DNA from: Steroidobacteraceae bacterium
GTDB lineage: Bacteria; Pseudomonadota; Gammaproteobacteria; Steroidobacterales; Steroidobacteraceae
Reading direction: 5' to 3'
NCBI GenBank assembly: GCA_045810105.1
Contig: JBJMWM010000026.1
Span: 27,808-91,807, forward strand
Length of the DNA stretch: 64,000 nt
This document shows, piece by piece, positions 9,280-18,005 of the stretch. Each line of letters opens with the position of its first letter. Positions within the stretch are counted from its first letter, which is position 1. Both the position numbers and the translations under genes were made by a program. Under the pieces are notes generated by a model that made no database searches, had not been told where the DNA came from, and worked only from the letters and a program-made list of their open reading frames with translations.

Positions 9280-11011
9280 GGGGCGCTGCGTCCGCCGCGC
9301 TGCCAAAGGGGGTTTGTGCGTGCGCGAAGTCCACCGCCTGGCGGAAATCCTCGAGATCGTTGACACCCCGCCAGTGACCATGGACATACAGCACTTCGAT
9401 CTGCGCTCCGTCCGCAATCAGCGCGTTCATCAACGCCGGCATGTCCAGCGTGTCAAAGTCAGGCCGCTCGCGCAGGCGCGCGAGCACCGCTTTCACCTTC
9501 AGCAGTCCCTCGCGGCTCACCTTGAGCAGGCCAATCCAACGGCCGTTGGCGGTCTCACCCGAATCGCTGCTTTGCGGCTGCTTGGCGCTGACCACCCGCT
9601 TCAACAACACGGGCGTGCCGAACAGCCCACGGTCATCCGCACGCGAGCTGTAGGCAAAGTCACGGACGGTGCGATCGCCCTCCGCGCTCGGCGAAGAGTC
9701 CACGACCACGGAGAAGTCCGCCTTACTCTCGACGAGAGCCCGCAACACATAGCTGCGGAACAACAGGTCGCCGTACGAAATCACCGTTTCAGATTCGAGC
9801 CCGTGCATGGCGCAGGCAAGCGACCCCAGCTCACCGGTCTCGGTGTAACGCTCGTTGACGACCAGTTTGATTCCCGCGGTGTCGATCGCATCGACCCGAT
9901 AGCCACCGACTACGGTAATGTCGTTGACATTCTCCTTCTTAAAGCCGTCCACGAGCCAGCGAAGCAGCGGCTTGCCTGCGATCGGCAACATGACTTTGGG
10001 CCGATCGGCCGTCATCGCATCCAGTCCACGGCCGCGGGTTGCGGCCAGCACCACTGCCGAGCGCGACGCTTCCGATGCGGACAGGTACAAGCGTTCGGCC
10101 GCGGAGTACTCATCGGCATCCTGTAATCGGAAGATCTCGTTGACCGAGGCCACGCGGTCTTCGACGTTCACGAGCGTTTCATTGGTGTGGATTTCCCTGG
10201 CCACGCTCTGCATTGCGGCGGTTGCCGCGCGCACCAGGTGATTTGCCCAGATCACCATGCTGATGCCGGCCTTGCGGAACACATCCGTAGGCGTGCTGTA
10301 GTATTTCGTCGGCACGATCACCAACGGCGCTCTGCCAGCCCACTCGCGCGCGAACGTCACGATCTCATCCGGCTTCGACAGCTTGCTGTGAATCAGGATG
10401 GCATCAGCGCCGGCGCGCCGGTACGCTTCGGCCCGCCGCAGAGCCTCGTCCATGCCCCAACCGGCAATTAACGCCTCGACGCGCGCGACGATGCAGAAGT
10501 TCGGATCGTTCTGCGTGTCCTTGCCAGCCGCAATTTTCCCCGCGAACTCTGCCATCTCTGCCAGGGGCTGGCGCTCACCATTCAGAAAGCTGTTGGTCTT
10601 GGGGAACTGCTTGTCTTCGATGCAGACACCGGCAATACCGCGCTGCTCGAGCTTGCGGACCAGGCGGCGCATGTTGTTGAAGTTCCCGTAGCCGGTATCA
10701 CCATCCAGCAGGATGGGCAGATCACTGGCATCGGCCATGAATTCCAACATGTCCACGACCTGGGTCCAGCTCGCTTCGTTGTTGTCGCGCACGCCGAACT
10801 GCGCCGAAATGGATAGCCCCGAGCCCCAGATTCCCTTGAAGCCCGCTTCGCGCACGATGCGCGCGGACAGGCCGTTGTGCGCCTCCATCAGGAACTCGAG
10901 CTGCTCGCTCAACAGCATCTGCCGTAATCGTTGGCTGCGTGTCCGCAGGACCCCCTCGTTGGCAGCTGAGTGGAGCTCGCGGGTGGCGGATGATCCCATT
11001 GAAGCATTCAT
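9272..11011 (-). CDS. pepM: phosphoenolpyruvate mutase fused to a C-terminal nucleotidyltransferase domain
   Basis: The PepM-diagnostic EDK-x5-NS motif is present as [10 protein letters not shown]. The C-terminal ~250 aa ([11 protein letters not shown]...[12 protein letters not shown]) is an NTP-transferase fold. The start shows an ATGA overlap with the upstream gene. Confidence 0.9.
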   Translation of the reverse strand: MNASMGSSATRELHSAANEGVLRTRSQRLRQMLLSEQLEFLMEAHNGLSARIVREAGFKGIWGSGLSISAQFGVRDNNEASWTQVVDMLEFMADASDLPILLDGDTGYGNFNNMRRLVRKLEQRGIAGVCIEDKQFPKTNSFLNGERQPLAEMAEFAGKIAAGKDTQNDPNFCIVARVEALIAGWGMDEALRRAEAYRRAGADAILIHSKLSKPDEIVTFAREWAGRAPLVIVPTKYYSTPTDVFRKAGISMVIWANHLVRAATAAMQSVAREIHTNETLVNVEDRVASVNEIFRLQDADEYSAAERLYLSASEASRSAVVLAATRGRGLDAMTADRPKVMLPIAGKPLLRWLVDGFKKENVNDITVVGGYRVDAIDTAGIKLVVNERYTETGELGSLACAMHGLESETVISYGDLLFRSYVLRALVESKADFSVVVDSSPSAEGDRTVRDFAYSSRADDRGLFGTPVLLKRVVSAKQPQSSDSGETANGRWIGLLKVSREGLLKVKAVLARLRERPDFDTLDMPALMNALIADGAQIEVLYVHGHWRGVNDLEDFRQAVDFAHAQTPFGSAADAAPHD

Positions 11012-11775
11012 GGCTGCGATCCTGGCAACGGTGGAAGTTTGGGCAGCACCGTGCGTGCCGCCCGGGAAACATCATTCGGAAAATCGATCTCGATCCAGGG
11101 CAACCCGGTGACATCGGCAATGTCGATGATCTGGCTATGCTCGAGCAGCAAGTCGCGAACGGCCTCCTCATGTGGCATGTTGGCGCGGCCGCGCTCGACA
11201 TAGCCGGCGACGAGCGTCGCGAGCCGGCGTGCGCCCGCGGGGTCGAACCGGAAAAAACCGACCGACTCGCCAATGGTGTCATATTGCAAGCCGGGTGCGA
11301 CCTGTTTACGCAACTCAACCGGCACGCCATCGCGCACGCACACCTTGACCGGCTCATCACCAGGTTCGAATTCGCGGTCGATGAGGATGCGGTTGACGGG
11401 CTTCCGCCCGGCTACCAGCGCTGTCATGATTCCCTCGTGGTACAGCACATCAGCGTCCATGAGCAGCACATCGCCGCCGCGGGTCATGGCCTGCGCGACT
11501 GTGTGAACCGTGAGGACACTTCCGAGCTCGAAGCCCGGGTTCAACACAACCTCAGGCCGCGGCGTCCAGCGCAGGCGATCGAGCTCAGTCTCGACCAGCT
11601 CGTGCCGGAATCCCAAGGCCAGCACGACCTCCTCGACGCCGGCTTGCTTCAAAAGCAACAGGTGCCGCTCGAGCAGCGTCCGCCCGTCGAATTCCAACAG
11701 GCACTTGGGCAGTTGCTGATCATCCGACTGTTGCAGACGCATTCCACGGCCCGCGGCAAGAATGATGGCGCGCAT
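11008..11775 (-). CDS. LicC/PntC-like nucleotidyltransferase (candidate phosphonate cytidylyltransferase)
   Basis: [14 protein letters not shown] glycine-rich NTase motif. A strong AAGGAG Shine-Dalgarno lies upstream of ATG 11775. Confidence 0.8.
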   Translation of the reverse strand: MRAIILAAGRGMRLQQSDDQQLPKCLLEFDGRTLLERHLLLLKQAGVEEVVLALGFRHELVETELDRLRWTPRPEVVLNPGFELGSVLTVHTVAQAMTRGGDVLLMDADVLYHEGIMTALVAGRKPVNRILIDREFEPGDEPVKVCVRDGVPVELRKQVAPGLQYDTIGESVGFFRFDPAGARRLATLVAGYVERGRANMPHEEAVRDLLLEHSQIIDIADVTGLPWIEIDFPNDVSRAARTVLPKLPPLPGSQP

Positions 11776-11797
11776 TGAGCTCCTTATCGAAGTCGCA

Positions 11798-12784
11798 TTA
11801 TATGGCGAGGCGGCGACGCCAGCCTCGTTCGGACAGGTGCAGGTACAGCAATCCGGGTAGCCCCAGCAGAACCTCGCGCGCCCGCTTCGCCAGCGACAAG
11901 GCGAGCGCAGTCTCGGGCCGCAGTCCTACCAACGGCGCCAGAAGCAGATAACCACCCTCCTGCACGCCCAGGGATCCCGGGATGGCAAAGCCTGCCGCGC
12001 GAATCGCCTGGCCGAGGCTTTCCAACAGCAGCGCATCGCTCCAAGTTACGGGAAAGCGCAACAGCAGCAGGATCAAGTAGACTTCCGCAGTACCGATCAG
12101 CCAGCCGATGAGGCTCAGCAAGAAGCTGGCGGCAACCCGACCCGTGCGGCCGTAGGCATCCTGGACGGCCGAATCGATCGCATCCGCCTGGGTCATGATC
12201 TGCGACCAGTCCCGTTTACCGCCGATGCGTGCGATCGCGCGCATCAGCTTCCCAAACAGCCCGCGCCGCTGCATCAGGTAAAAGCCGGTCAGACAGAATG
12301 CCAGGACGCCGCTGGACAGCAGCAACGCCGTGCGCACCGAGTGTTCGGAGCTCTGGCTGGCGTGGGCACCCAGCAACGCCATGCCCAGCAGCGCAAAAAT
12401 AATCTGCGCAAAAGTCTGAAGGGTCGTACTGACAGTGACGCCAGCGGCAGCATCGCGCATCGACATACCGCGTTGCGCAAGATAACGCACCATCATCACG
12501 GGTCCACCGATGGGCCCCGCGGGCAGAAAACTGTTGGCAGACTCCCCTACCCAGCGCGCGAACAACGTATCACGCAGGGTGCTGCGCACTTTGGTCGTGT
12601 CGAACATCACCCTTATGGAGGCGGCGTCCAGGGCCAAAGGCACGAGGTGCAGCAGAGCGACCAGCGGCAGTCCCCATCCGGCAACGGCCAATGTGGCAAA
12701 CACTGCGGTGAAGCCCTGCGAGATCAGCACGCCGGCGAAGAGCAGCACGCCCGCCGAGAGCAGCCAGATCGCCGCCCGGGTCAT
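11798..12784 (-). CDS. UPF0104 / lysyl-PG-synthase-TM-like (flippase-like) integral membrane protein
   Basis: About 8 TM helices. The internal ATG 12784 forms an ATGA overlap with the stop of the oxygenase gene. The family also contains the hopanoid-associated HpnL. Confidence 0.7.
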   Translation of the reverse strand: MTRAAIWLLSAGVLLFAGVLISQGFTAVFATLAVAGWGLPLVALLHLVPLALDAASIRVMFDTTKVRSTLRDTLFARWVGESANSFLPAGPIGGPVMMVRYLAQRGMSMRDAAAGVTVSTTLQTFAQIIFALLGMALLGAHASQSSEHSVRTALLLSSGVLAFCLTGFYLMQRRGLFGKLMRAIARIGGKRDWSQIMTQADAIDSAVQDAYGRTGRVAASFLLSLIGWLIGTAEVYLILLLLRFPVTWSDALLLESLGQAIRAAGFAIPGSLGVQEGGYLLLAPLVGLRPETALALSLAKRAREVLLGLPGLLYLHLSERGWRRRLAI

Positions 12785-13491
12785 GGGGATCCCTTGCGGC
12801 CGCGGAAGACTTGCCGCAGGCCAAAGTAGGCGACGGCGTCCTTGACATTGGAGATCAGCCGCCACCAGGGGTGCATGCTCTGATCGGTTACATACTCGAA
12901 GGTCAGCGACACGCGTTTTTCGTTCTCACCCAGGGGCGTAATGCGATGGCGTAGTTTGTCACCATCGAAAAACACCAGGCCACCGGGTGGAATCTGCACT
13001 GAGCCGGGTACCACGGCCACGCCACTCTCACGCGTGTGTAACTCGTAGTCGAGGCGGCATGACGATTGGTCGAGCACACCGAGTAGCAGCGTGTAGCGGC
13101 GTCCCGCGTAGTAGGAAGTATCGTAGTGCCAACCGATGTGATCGCCCGGACGCGTGTAGAAATACAGGGCGTAGGCATGCGGATCGTCAGGAGGCGAGAG
13201 CTGCAGGCGTTCCCCGGCCAGCTGCTCCAAAACACTGATCAACACCGGCGATCGATACAACTCGCCTATGAACGGCGCCAGCTGGTCGATCGTGTGGCGG
13301 CTGACACTGCCACCCTGCTTGTGGCCCGGCAGGTAGTTGCGGTTCATTGCGGGCTCAACCGCGGCAACCGCGCGGACGAGTTGCGCCGTGACTTCGGGGG
13401 TGAGGAACTCGGGCAGATACAGGAATGCGCCCTGCCGCACAAACTCGCTGCGCAGGGAGTGCGTGTCGAGCTTGTCCACGCGCGCTTCCAT
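12781..13491 (-). CDS. 2-oxoglutarate/Fe(II)-dependent oxygenase
   Basis: HxD...H facial triad candidates (GWHYDTS and KLRHRITP) plus RVSLTF for 2OG binding. The ORF track extends to 14007, but that part overlaps the CDP-alcohol transferase gene. The ATG 13491 start gives MEARVDKL.... Confidence 0.65.
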   Translation of the reverse strand: MEARVDKLDTHSLRSEFVRQGAFLYLPEFLTPEVTAQLVRAVAAVEPAMNRNYLPGHKQGGSVSRHTIDQLAPFIGELYRSPVLISVLEQLAGERLQLSPPDDPHAYALYFYTRPGDHIGWHYDTSYYAGRRYTLLLGVLDQSSCRLDYELHTRESGVAVVPGSVQIPPGGLVFFDGDKLRHRITPLGENEKRVSLTFEYVTDQSMHPWWRLISNVKDAVAYFGLRQVFRGRKGSP

Positions 13492-13508
13492 CACTCGATG
13501 GACGCTGA

Positions 13509-14189
13509 TCAGGTCGCCCCCGAGGTCCGCCGGGCTTGGACAGGCTGCAGACGATTCAGCACGCGCCGGTAGTCGATCACCACCCAGACAGCGAACAAGG
13601 GAGCGCCTATGGAGGCCGCTATCAGGAACGGTGTCAGACCATTGAAGATCGTCACGAGCGGTAGAAGGTACAGCACGTCTTCGGTTTCGAACCCGGCCAG
13701 CGAGACCTGTTGGCTCGCAGCCTTGCCGGCCAGCCCCTCGATCCGCATGCGCAGGAAGAAGATCAACGCGACCGCGCTGCCGGCCACCAGGCCGAGCACG
13801 GCCGGCGGCATCTGCAGGACGGAGCCAACTCTCGCGGCCACGCCGACACCCATCGCCAGGAACAGCAGGATCGTAACCACGGCATCGCTCGCCAGGTCGT
13901 AGATGTGACCGATACGGCTCGTCTTGCCGCTGATTCGGGCCAGCTCGCCATCGGTATGATCCAGAAAATTTGACAGAACCAGCAGCAGGGCGCCGATGTT
14001 CGTCCATCCGTAGGTACCGGGCAGGAACGCAGCCGCAGCGGCGAGGCCAAAGGCGAGGCGCACGGTCGTCAGATGATTCGGGGTCGCCCGGCTGTCCTTC
14101 AGCGGTGTAACCAGGCGACGCGCCAGCCGTGCGTCCCAGGGCCGTTGCGTCACGGGGACAGAATGAGAAAGTAGCGGTGACTCAGGCAT
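13509..14189 (-). CDS. CDP-alcohol phosphatidyltransferase family protein
   Basis: The signature D-x2-DG-x2-AR-x8-G-x3-D-x3-D is seen as DHTDGELARISGKTSRIGHIYDLASD. The protein is multi-TM. Confidence 0.85.
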   Translation of the reverse strand: MPESPLLSHSVPVTQRPWDARLARRLVTPLKDSRATPNHLTTVRLAFGLAAAAAFLPGTYGWTNIGALLLVLSNFLDHTDGELARISGKTSRIGHIYDLASDAVVTILLFLAMGVGVAARVGSVLQMPPAVLGLVAGSAVALIFFLRMRIEGLAGKAASQQVSLAGFETEDVLYLLPLVTIFNGLTPFLIAASIGAPLFAVWVVIDYRRVLNRLQPVQARRTSGAT

Positions 14190-14269
14190 GATCGACCTAT
14201 TTTACGCTCGTTTTCTGGGGCATCCAACGGAAATGCCTCCCTCAAAAGGCGGACCTGGCGGGCGTGGTT

Positions 14270-15256
14270 TTAAGAGAGCGAACCTTGCTCGCGCAGCCAG
14301 GCAATGGCATCGCGCAACGCTTGCGCGGGTGGGCGCCAGTGGTATCCGAGCTCACGCATTGCCTTGTCACTCGAAAAGAACATGCGCTTACGCGACATGC
14401 GTACGGCTTCAAGTGTGATTCGCCCGGGTCGCCCGGTTACCCGCGCCACGGCTTCAGCTACATAGGCGATGGGGAACACGACTGCCGTTGGCAGGCGAAT
14501 ACGCGGCGGTTTCCTCCCCACGAGCTGCGCAATCTCAAACAGGATTTCCCGCAGCGTCATGTCCTCGCCGCCCAGGATGTACCGCTCGCCGGGCCGGCCG
14601 CGGTGGAAAGCAAGCAGATGGCCGGCGGCAACATCGTCCACATGTACGATGTTGAGTCCAGTATCGACGTAGGCAGGCATTCGCCCGGCAGCCGCGTCGA
14701 GGATCACCTGGCCCGTTGGCGTTGGTTTGACGTCACCCGGCCCTATTGGTGTCGATGGGTTCACGATCACCACGGGCAGTCCCGGCAGAACCGTTTCCCG
14801 CACCATCTGCTCGGCAAGAAATTTCGAGCGCTTGTAGTGACCGATCATGTCGGCTACGCCCACCGGCGTATCTTCGTTGCCGGGCGAGCCGTCAGCAGGA
14901 ATGCCAACGGTCGCGACACTGCTGGTGTAGACAACACGCCGCACGCCGGCTTGCCTGGCCGCTTCGAGAATATTGCGGGTCCCCTCGACATTCGTTTGGT
15001 ATAGCTGGCTCGGATCCGGCGCGCCCAGCCTGTAATCAGCCGCGACGTGAAACAGCGCCTCGCATCCTGACAGCGCGCGCTCCAGTGATGGTCTGTCAGC
15101 CAGGTTACCCTCGCTGACTTCCACGGGCAGAGCCTGAATGTTGCGCCGGTCCGACCCCGGGCGAGCAAGCGCCCTGACCTGCCATCCTTCCTGTACGAGC
15201 GCACGCGCAACGGCTGCCCCGACAAACCCAGTGGCGCCCGTCACTAAAGCTCTCAT
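14270..15256 (-). CDS. hpnA: hopanoid-associated NAD-dependent sugar epimerase/dehydratase family protein
   Basis: MRALVTGATGFVGAAV Rossmann motif. ATGA overlap with the hpnG stop. Sits in a hopanoid gene context. Confidence 0.8.
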   Translation of the reverse strand: MRALVTGATGFVGAAVARALVQEGWQVRALARPGSDRRNIQALPVEVSEGNLADRPSLERALSGCEALFHVAADYRLGAPDPSQLYQTNVEGTRNILEAARQAGVRRVVYTSSVATVGIPADGSPGNEDTPVGVADMIGHYKRSKFLAEQMVRETVLPGLPVVIVNPSTPIGPGDVKPTPTGQVILDAAAGRMPAYVDTGLNIVHVDDVAAGHLLAFHRGRPGERYILGGEDMTLREILFEIAQLVGRKPPRIRLPTAVVFPIAYVAEAVARVTGRPGRITLEAVRMSRKRMFFSSDKAMRELGYHWRPPAQALRDAIAWLREQGSLS

Positions 15257-16068
15257 GGCAAGCGGGTGTCGGCTGCCGTGGAAAATTCGTAGCGCGTCAA
15301 CGAGCCCGTGCGTGCAATTGCAGCCAGAGAGCGATTGGCCGCTCTGTAGCGACGGGCCAACCGGATCAGTGGAGCCAACTCATTGGGCGCGAGCGCCAGC
15401 GCGCCGATCAAACGCCAGACCTGCAGATGTCCCTCACTATCCGCGGCCGCCGTCACCGCACGCGGCAGGACATCTGCCGCGCAATCGACGATCACGCGCA
15501 CGGCGATGAACGGTAGTTGGTGTTTTGTGGCAACTTCGCCCACCGCCAGGCTTTCCATATCCACGGCCGCGGCACCGGTGGCCTGGAACAATCCAGCCTT
15601 GTCCGCGACCGTACCGATGGCGCGGGAGGTTGTCAGCAGCTTACCGCTACGGACGGGTGCAAGCGCCGCGACCGCACGGCTCAGCCGCTCCCGCCAGGCT
15701 GTGGCAGTGTTTAAGCGCTGTCCGTCCGACCCGATCACCTCTGTCGGCAGAAGAATGGCGCCGGCGCTCAGAGTTGGATCGAGCCCTCCAGCCATGCCCC
15801 AGCTCGCCAGCGCGCTGGCACCAGCGTCGACGAGGGCGCGGGACCCGGCGGCAGCGGCCGCGTTGCCCATCCCGGTTACGGCAACGAGCGTGCCGTCGGC
15901 AAGCGTCGCCAGCGCAGGCTTGTTCAAACGTACGGTTGGCCCCAGGTGCCGCGCTTCCGAGGCCAGCGCGCATACGATCCCAACTACGACGTTCAGTGCC
16001 AATGCGCGGCTCCGGGCCGCACCAGGTTGCGATAGGCGGACAGTGCCCAGAGCGGAAAGTACGCGCAA
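15253..16068 (-). CDS. hpnG: hopanoid-associated phosphorylase / adenosylhopane nucleosidase
   Basis: PNP/UDP-1 family features (VGIVCALASEA..., GMGNAAAA). The start is uncertain: ATG 16068 overlaps shc by 76 nt, whereas TTG 16002 overlaps it by only 10 nt. Confidence 0.7.
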   Translation of the reverse strand: MRVLSALGTVRLSQPGAARSRALALNVVVGIVCALASEARHLGPTVRLNKPALATLADGTLVAVTGMGNAAAAAGSRALVDAGASALASWGMAGGLDPTLSAGAILLPTEVIGSDGQRLNTATAWRERLSRAVAALAPVRSGKLLTTSRAIGTVADKAGLFQATGAAAVDMESLAVGEVATKHQLPFIAVRVIVDCAADVLPRAVTAAADSEGHLQVWRLIGALALAPNELAPLIRLARRYRAANRSLAAIARTGSLTRYEFSTAADTRLP

Positions 16069-18005
16069 TAGCCGTGATACTTCAGATAAAACACTCTCGG
16101 GAAACCCGGCGCGGTGAAATGCGGATCAGTCCACAGCCCATCCGCCTGTTGGGCACGCAGCAGGTATTCGATGCCGCAGCGCACGGCAACCGAGCTCGCC
16201 TGCCCGCTGGCCATCAGGGCCAGCAGTGCCCAAGCGGTTTGGTGCGGGGTGCTCTGCGTCTGCTCGTTCAGGTGCTGCTTGCAGTGGTATCCGTCGTTGC
16301 TCTCGCCCCAGCCACCGTCAGGATTCTGCCTGCCGACGAGCCAGGTCACGGCGCGGCGGACCGCCTCGTCATCCGGACCGATGCCAGCCAGCCCAAACGC
16401 GGACAACACCGACCACGTTCCGTAGATGTAGTTGGTACCCCAACGGCCGAACCACGGACCTTCAGCCATCTGCTCCTTGCGCAGAAAGTCAATCGCGCGC
16501 CGCAGCGGTTCCCGGTCCTGCGGCCGGGCGACCAGCGACATCGCCGCCACGACGCGCGCCGTCACATCACTCGTCGGCGGATCCAACAGCGCGCCGTGAT
16601 CCGCGAACGGAATCAGGTTGAGGTTGTAGTGTGTGTTGTCGACATCGAATGCCGCAAACCCCCCATTGCTGCTCTGCATTCCCGCGAGCCAGTCCAGCGC
16701 CCGCTCGATGCTGGCCGAATAGCGGGCGCGGTCGTTGGCGCGGTGCATCGCCCAGACGATGACGGCCGTATCGTCCAGGTCGGGGTAGTGGCCGTTGGCA
16801 AATTGGAACGGCCAGCCACCGCTCTTGAGATTCGGGCGGCTGACCTGCCAGTCGCCCGGCTCTTCCACCAGCTGTTTGCTCTTGAGCCAGCCGAGCGCGG
16901 CATCGGTCGCGACAGCCGCCGCTGTACCACCAGCTTCCTGAAGTGCAAGGCCCGCGAGCGCGGTGTCCCAGACTGGGGATACGCACGGCTGACAGTAGGC
17001 ACTGTTGTCGTGCACCACGAGCAATTTCTTCAGCGCCCGTTTGGCCGTGACGACCCGCGGGTCATCGCTGGGATAACCGAGCAATATCATCGCTTCCAGA
17101 GCGTTGACCATGGCGGGGAAGATTGCGCCCAGGCCATCTTCGCCGTTCAGGCGCGCCAGGAACCAGGCTTCGGCCCGGCGGGTCGCGGCCGCGCGCATGC
17201 GCTTCGGAATCAAAACATCCAACCGCCGGAAGACCCGATCGACCAGCAGGAATGCCGAGGCGAGCAGCCGCTCACGCCGGCTCGAGCGTTCCGGTCCCAA
17301 GCGAAAATACGTGTGCTCGCTCTCGGGAGGCGTCACGAACAGCTCGCGGACATCCACATTCCGCGGATTTTTGGCCCGTGGTTTGTAGGTGCACAGTATG
17401 AACAGCGGCACCATCACCGTGCGCGACCAGTACGACACCTTGTCGAGATGAAATGGAAACCAGCGCGGCATCAGCATGATTTCGACCGGCATGTACGGCA
17501 CGGCGCGCCACGGCACCTGGCCGAAGAGCGCGAGCGCGATCCGGGTGAACACGTTGGCCCGCGCAGCGCCGCCCCGCTCGAGAATGGCTTTGCGTGCCCG
17601 CACCATGTGCGGCGCGTCCGTACTGTCACCGGCAAGCTTCAAGGCGTAGTACGCCTTGACGGTGCAACTGATGTCGAGCTCGCCTCCGTAGTACAGCGGC
17701 CAACCACCGTGCTCGGCCTGGTGAGCGCGCAAATACACCGCGATCTTCGCTTCCAGCGACGAATCGATTTCGTCGAGGTAATGCATCATCATGATGTATT
17801 CGGCCGGAATGGTGCAGTCCGCTTCCAACTCGAACACCCAATAGCCGGACTCGCCCTGGCGCTCGAGCAGCCCATCGCGGGCGGCGTCGATGCCGCGGTT
17901 CAGTGACAGGTGCCCGGCGTGGCGCTCGAGCTTCTGCGCCAGCTGCTGCTGCCGGGTGTTATGTTTGTTGGTGGCGGCCTCTACGGCGCGGGAATTACGA
18001 CTCAA
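15993..18005 (-). CDS. shc: squalene-hopene cyclase
   Basis: 670 aa. Catalytic DxDDTA is seen as DLDDTAV, with multiple QW repeats. The TTG start forms a TTGA overlap with the sqs stop. Confidence 0.95.
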   Translation of the reverse strand: MSRNSRAVEAATNKHNTRQQQLAQKLERHAGHLSLNRGIDAARDGLLERQGESGYWVFELEADCTIPAEYIMMMHYLDEIDSSLEAKIAVYLRAHQAEHGGWPLYYGGELDISCTVKAYYALKLAGDSTDAPHMVRARKAILERGGAARANVFTRIALALFGQVPWRAVPYMPVEIMLMPRWFPFHLDKVSYWSRTVMVPLFILCTYKPRAKNPRNVDVRELFVTPPESEHTYFRLGPERSSRRERLLASAFLLVDRVFRRLDVLIPKRMRAAATRRAEAWFLARLNGEDGLGAIFPAMVNALEAMILLGYPSDDPRVVTAKRALKKLLVVHDNSAYCQPCVSPVWDTALAGLALQEAGGTAAAVATDAALGWLKSKQLVEEPGDWQVSRPNLKSGGWPFQFANGHYPDLDDTAVIVWAMHRANDRARYSASIERALDWLAGMQSSNGGFAAFDVDNTHYNLNLIPFADHGALLDPPTSDVTARVVAAMSLVARPQDREPLRRAIDFLRKEQMAEGPWFGRWGTNYIYGTWSVLSAFGLAGIGPDDEAVRRAVTWLVGRQNPDGGWGESNDGYHCKQHLNEQTQSTPHQTAWALLALMASGQASSVAVRCGIEYLLRAQQADGLWTDPHFTAPGFPRVFYLKYHGYCAYFPLWALSAYRNLVRPGAAHWH

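Noticed and set aside
8302-10126. Plus-strand ORFs of 353 aa and 313 aa
   Set aside because: They are antisense to the ppd and pepM genes, both of which carry diagnostic motifs.
13492-14007. N-terminal 172 codons of ORF 12781..14007
   Set aside because: This part overlaps the well-supported CDP-alcohol phosphatidyltransferase gene in another frame and is Arg/Gly-rich. The oxygenase homology starts only at the internal ATG 13491.
15525-17906. 793-aa plus-strand ORF, the longest in the area
   Set aside because: It is exactly antisense to the squalene-hopene cyclase gene. The translation is Arg/Pro/Ala/Gly-rich low-complexity sequence with no recognisable motif. Long stop-free antisense frames are expected at this GC content.
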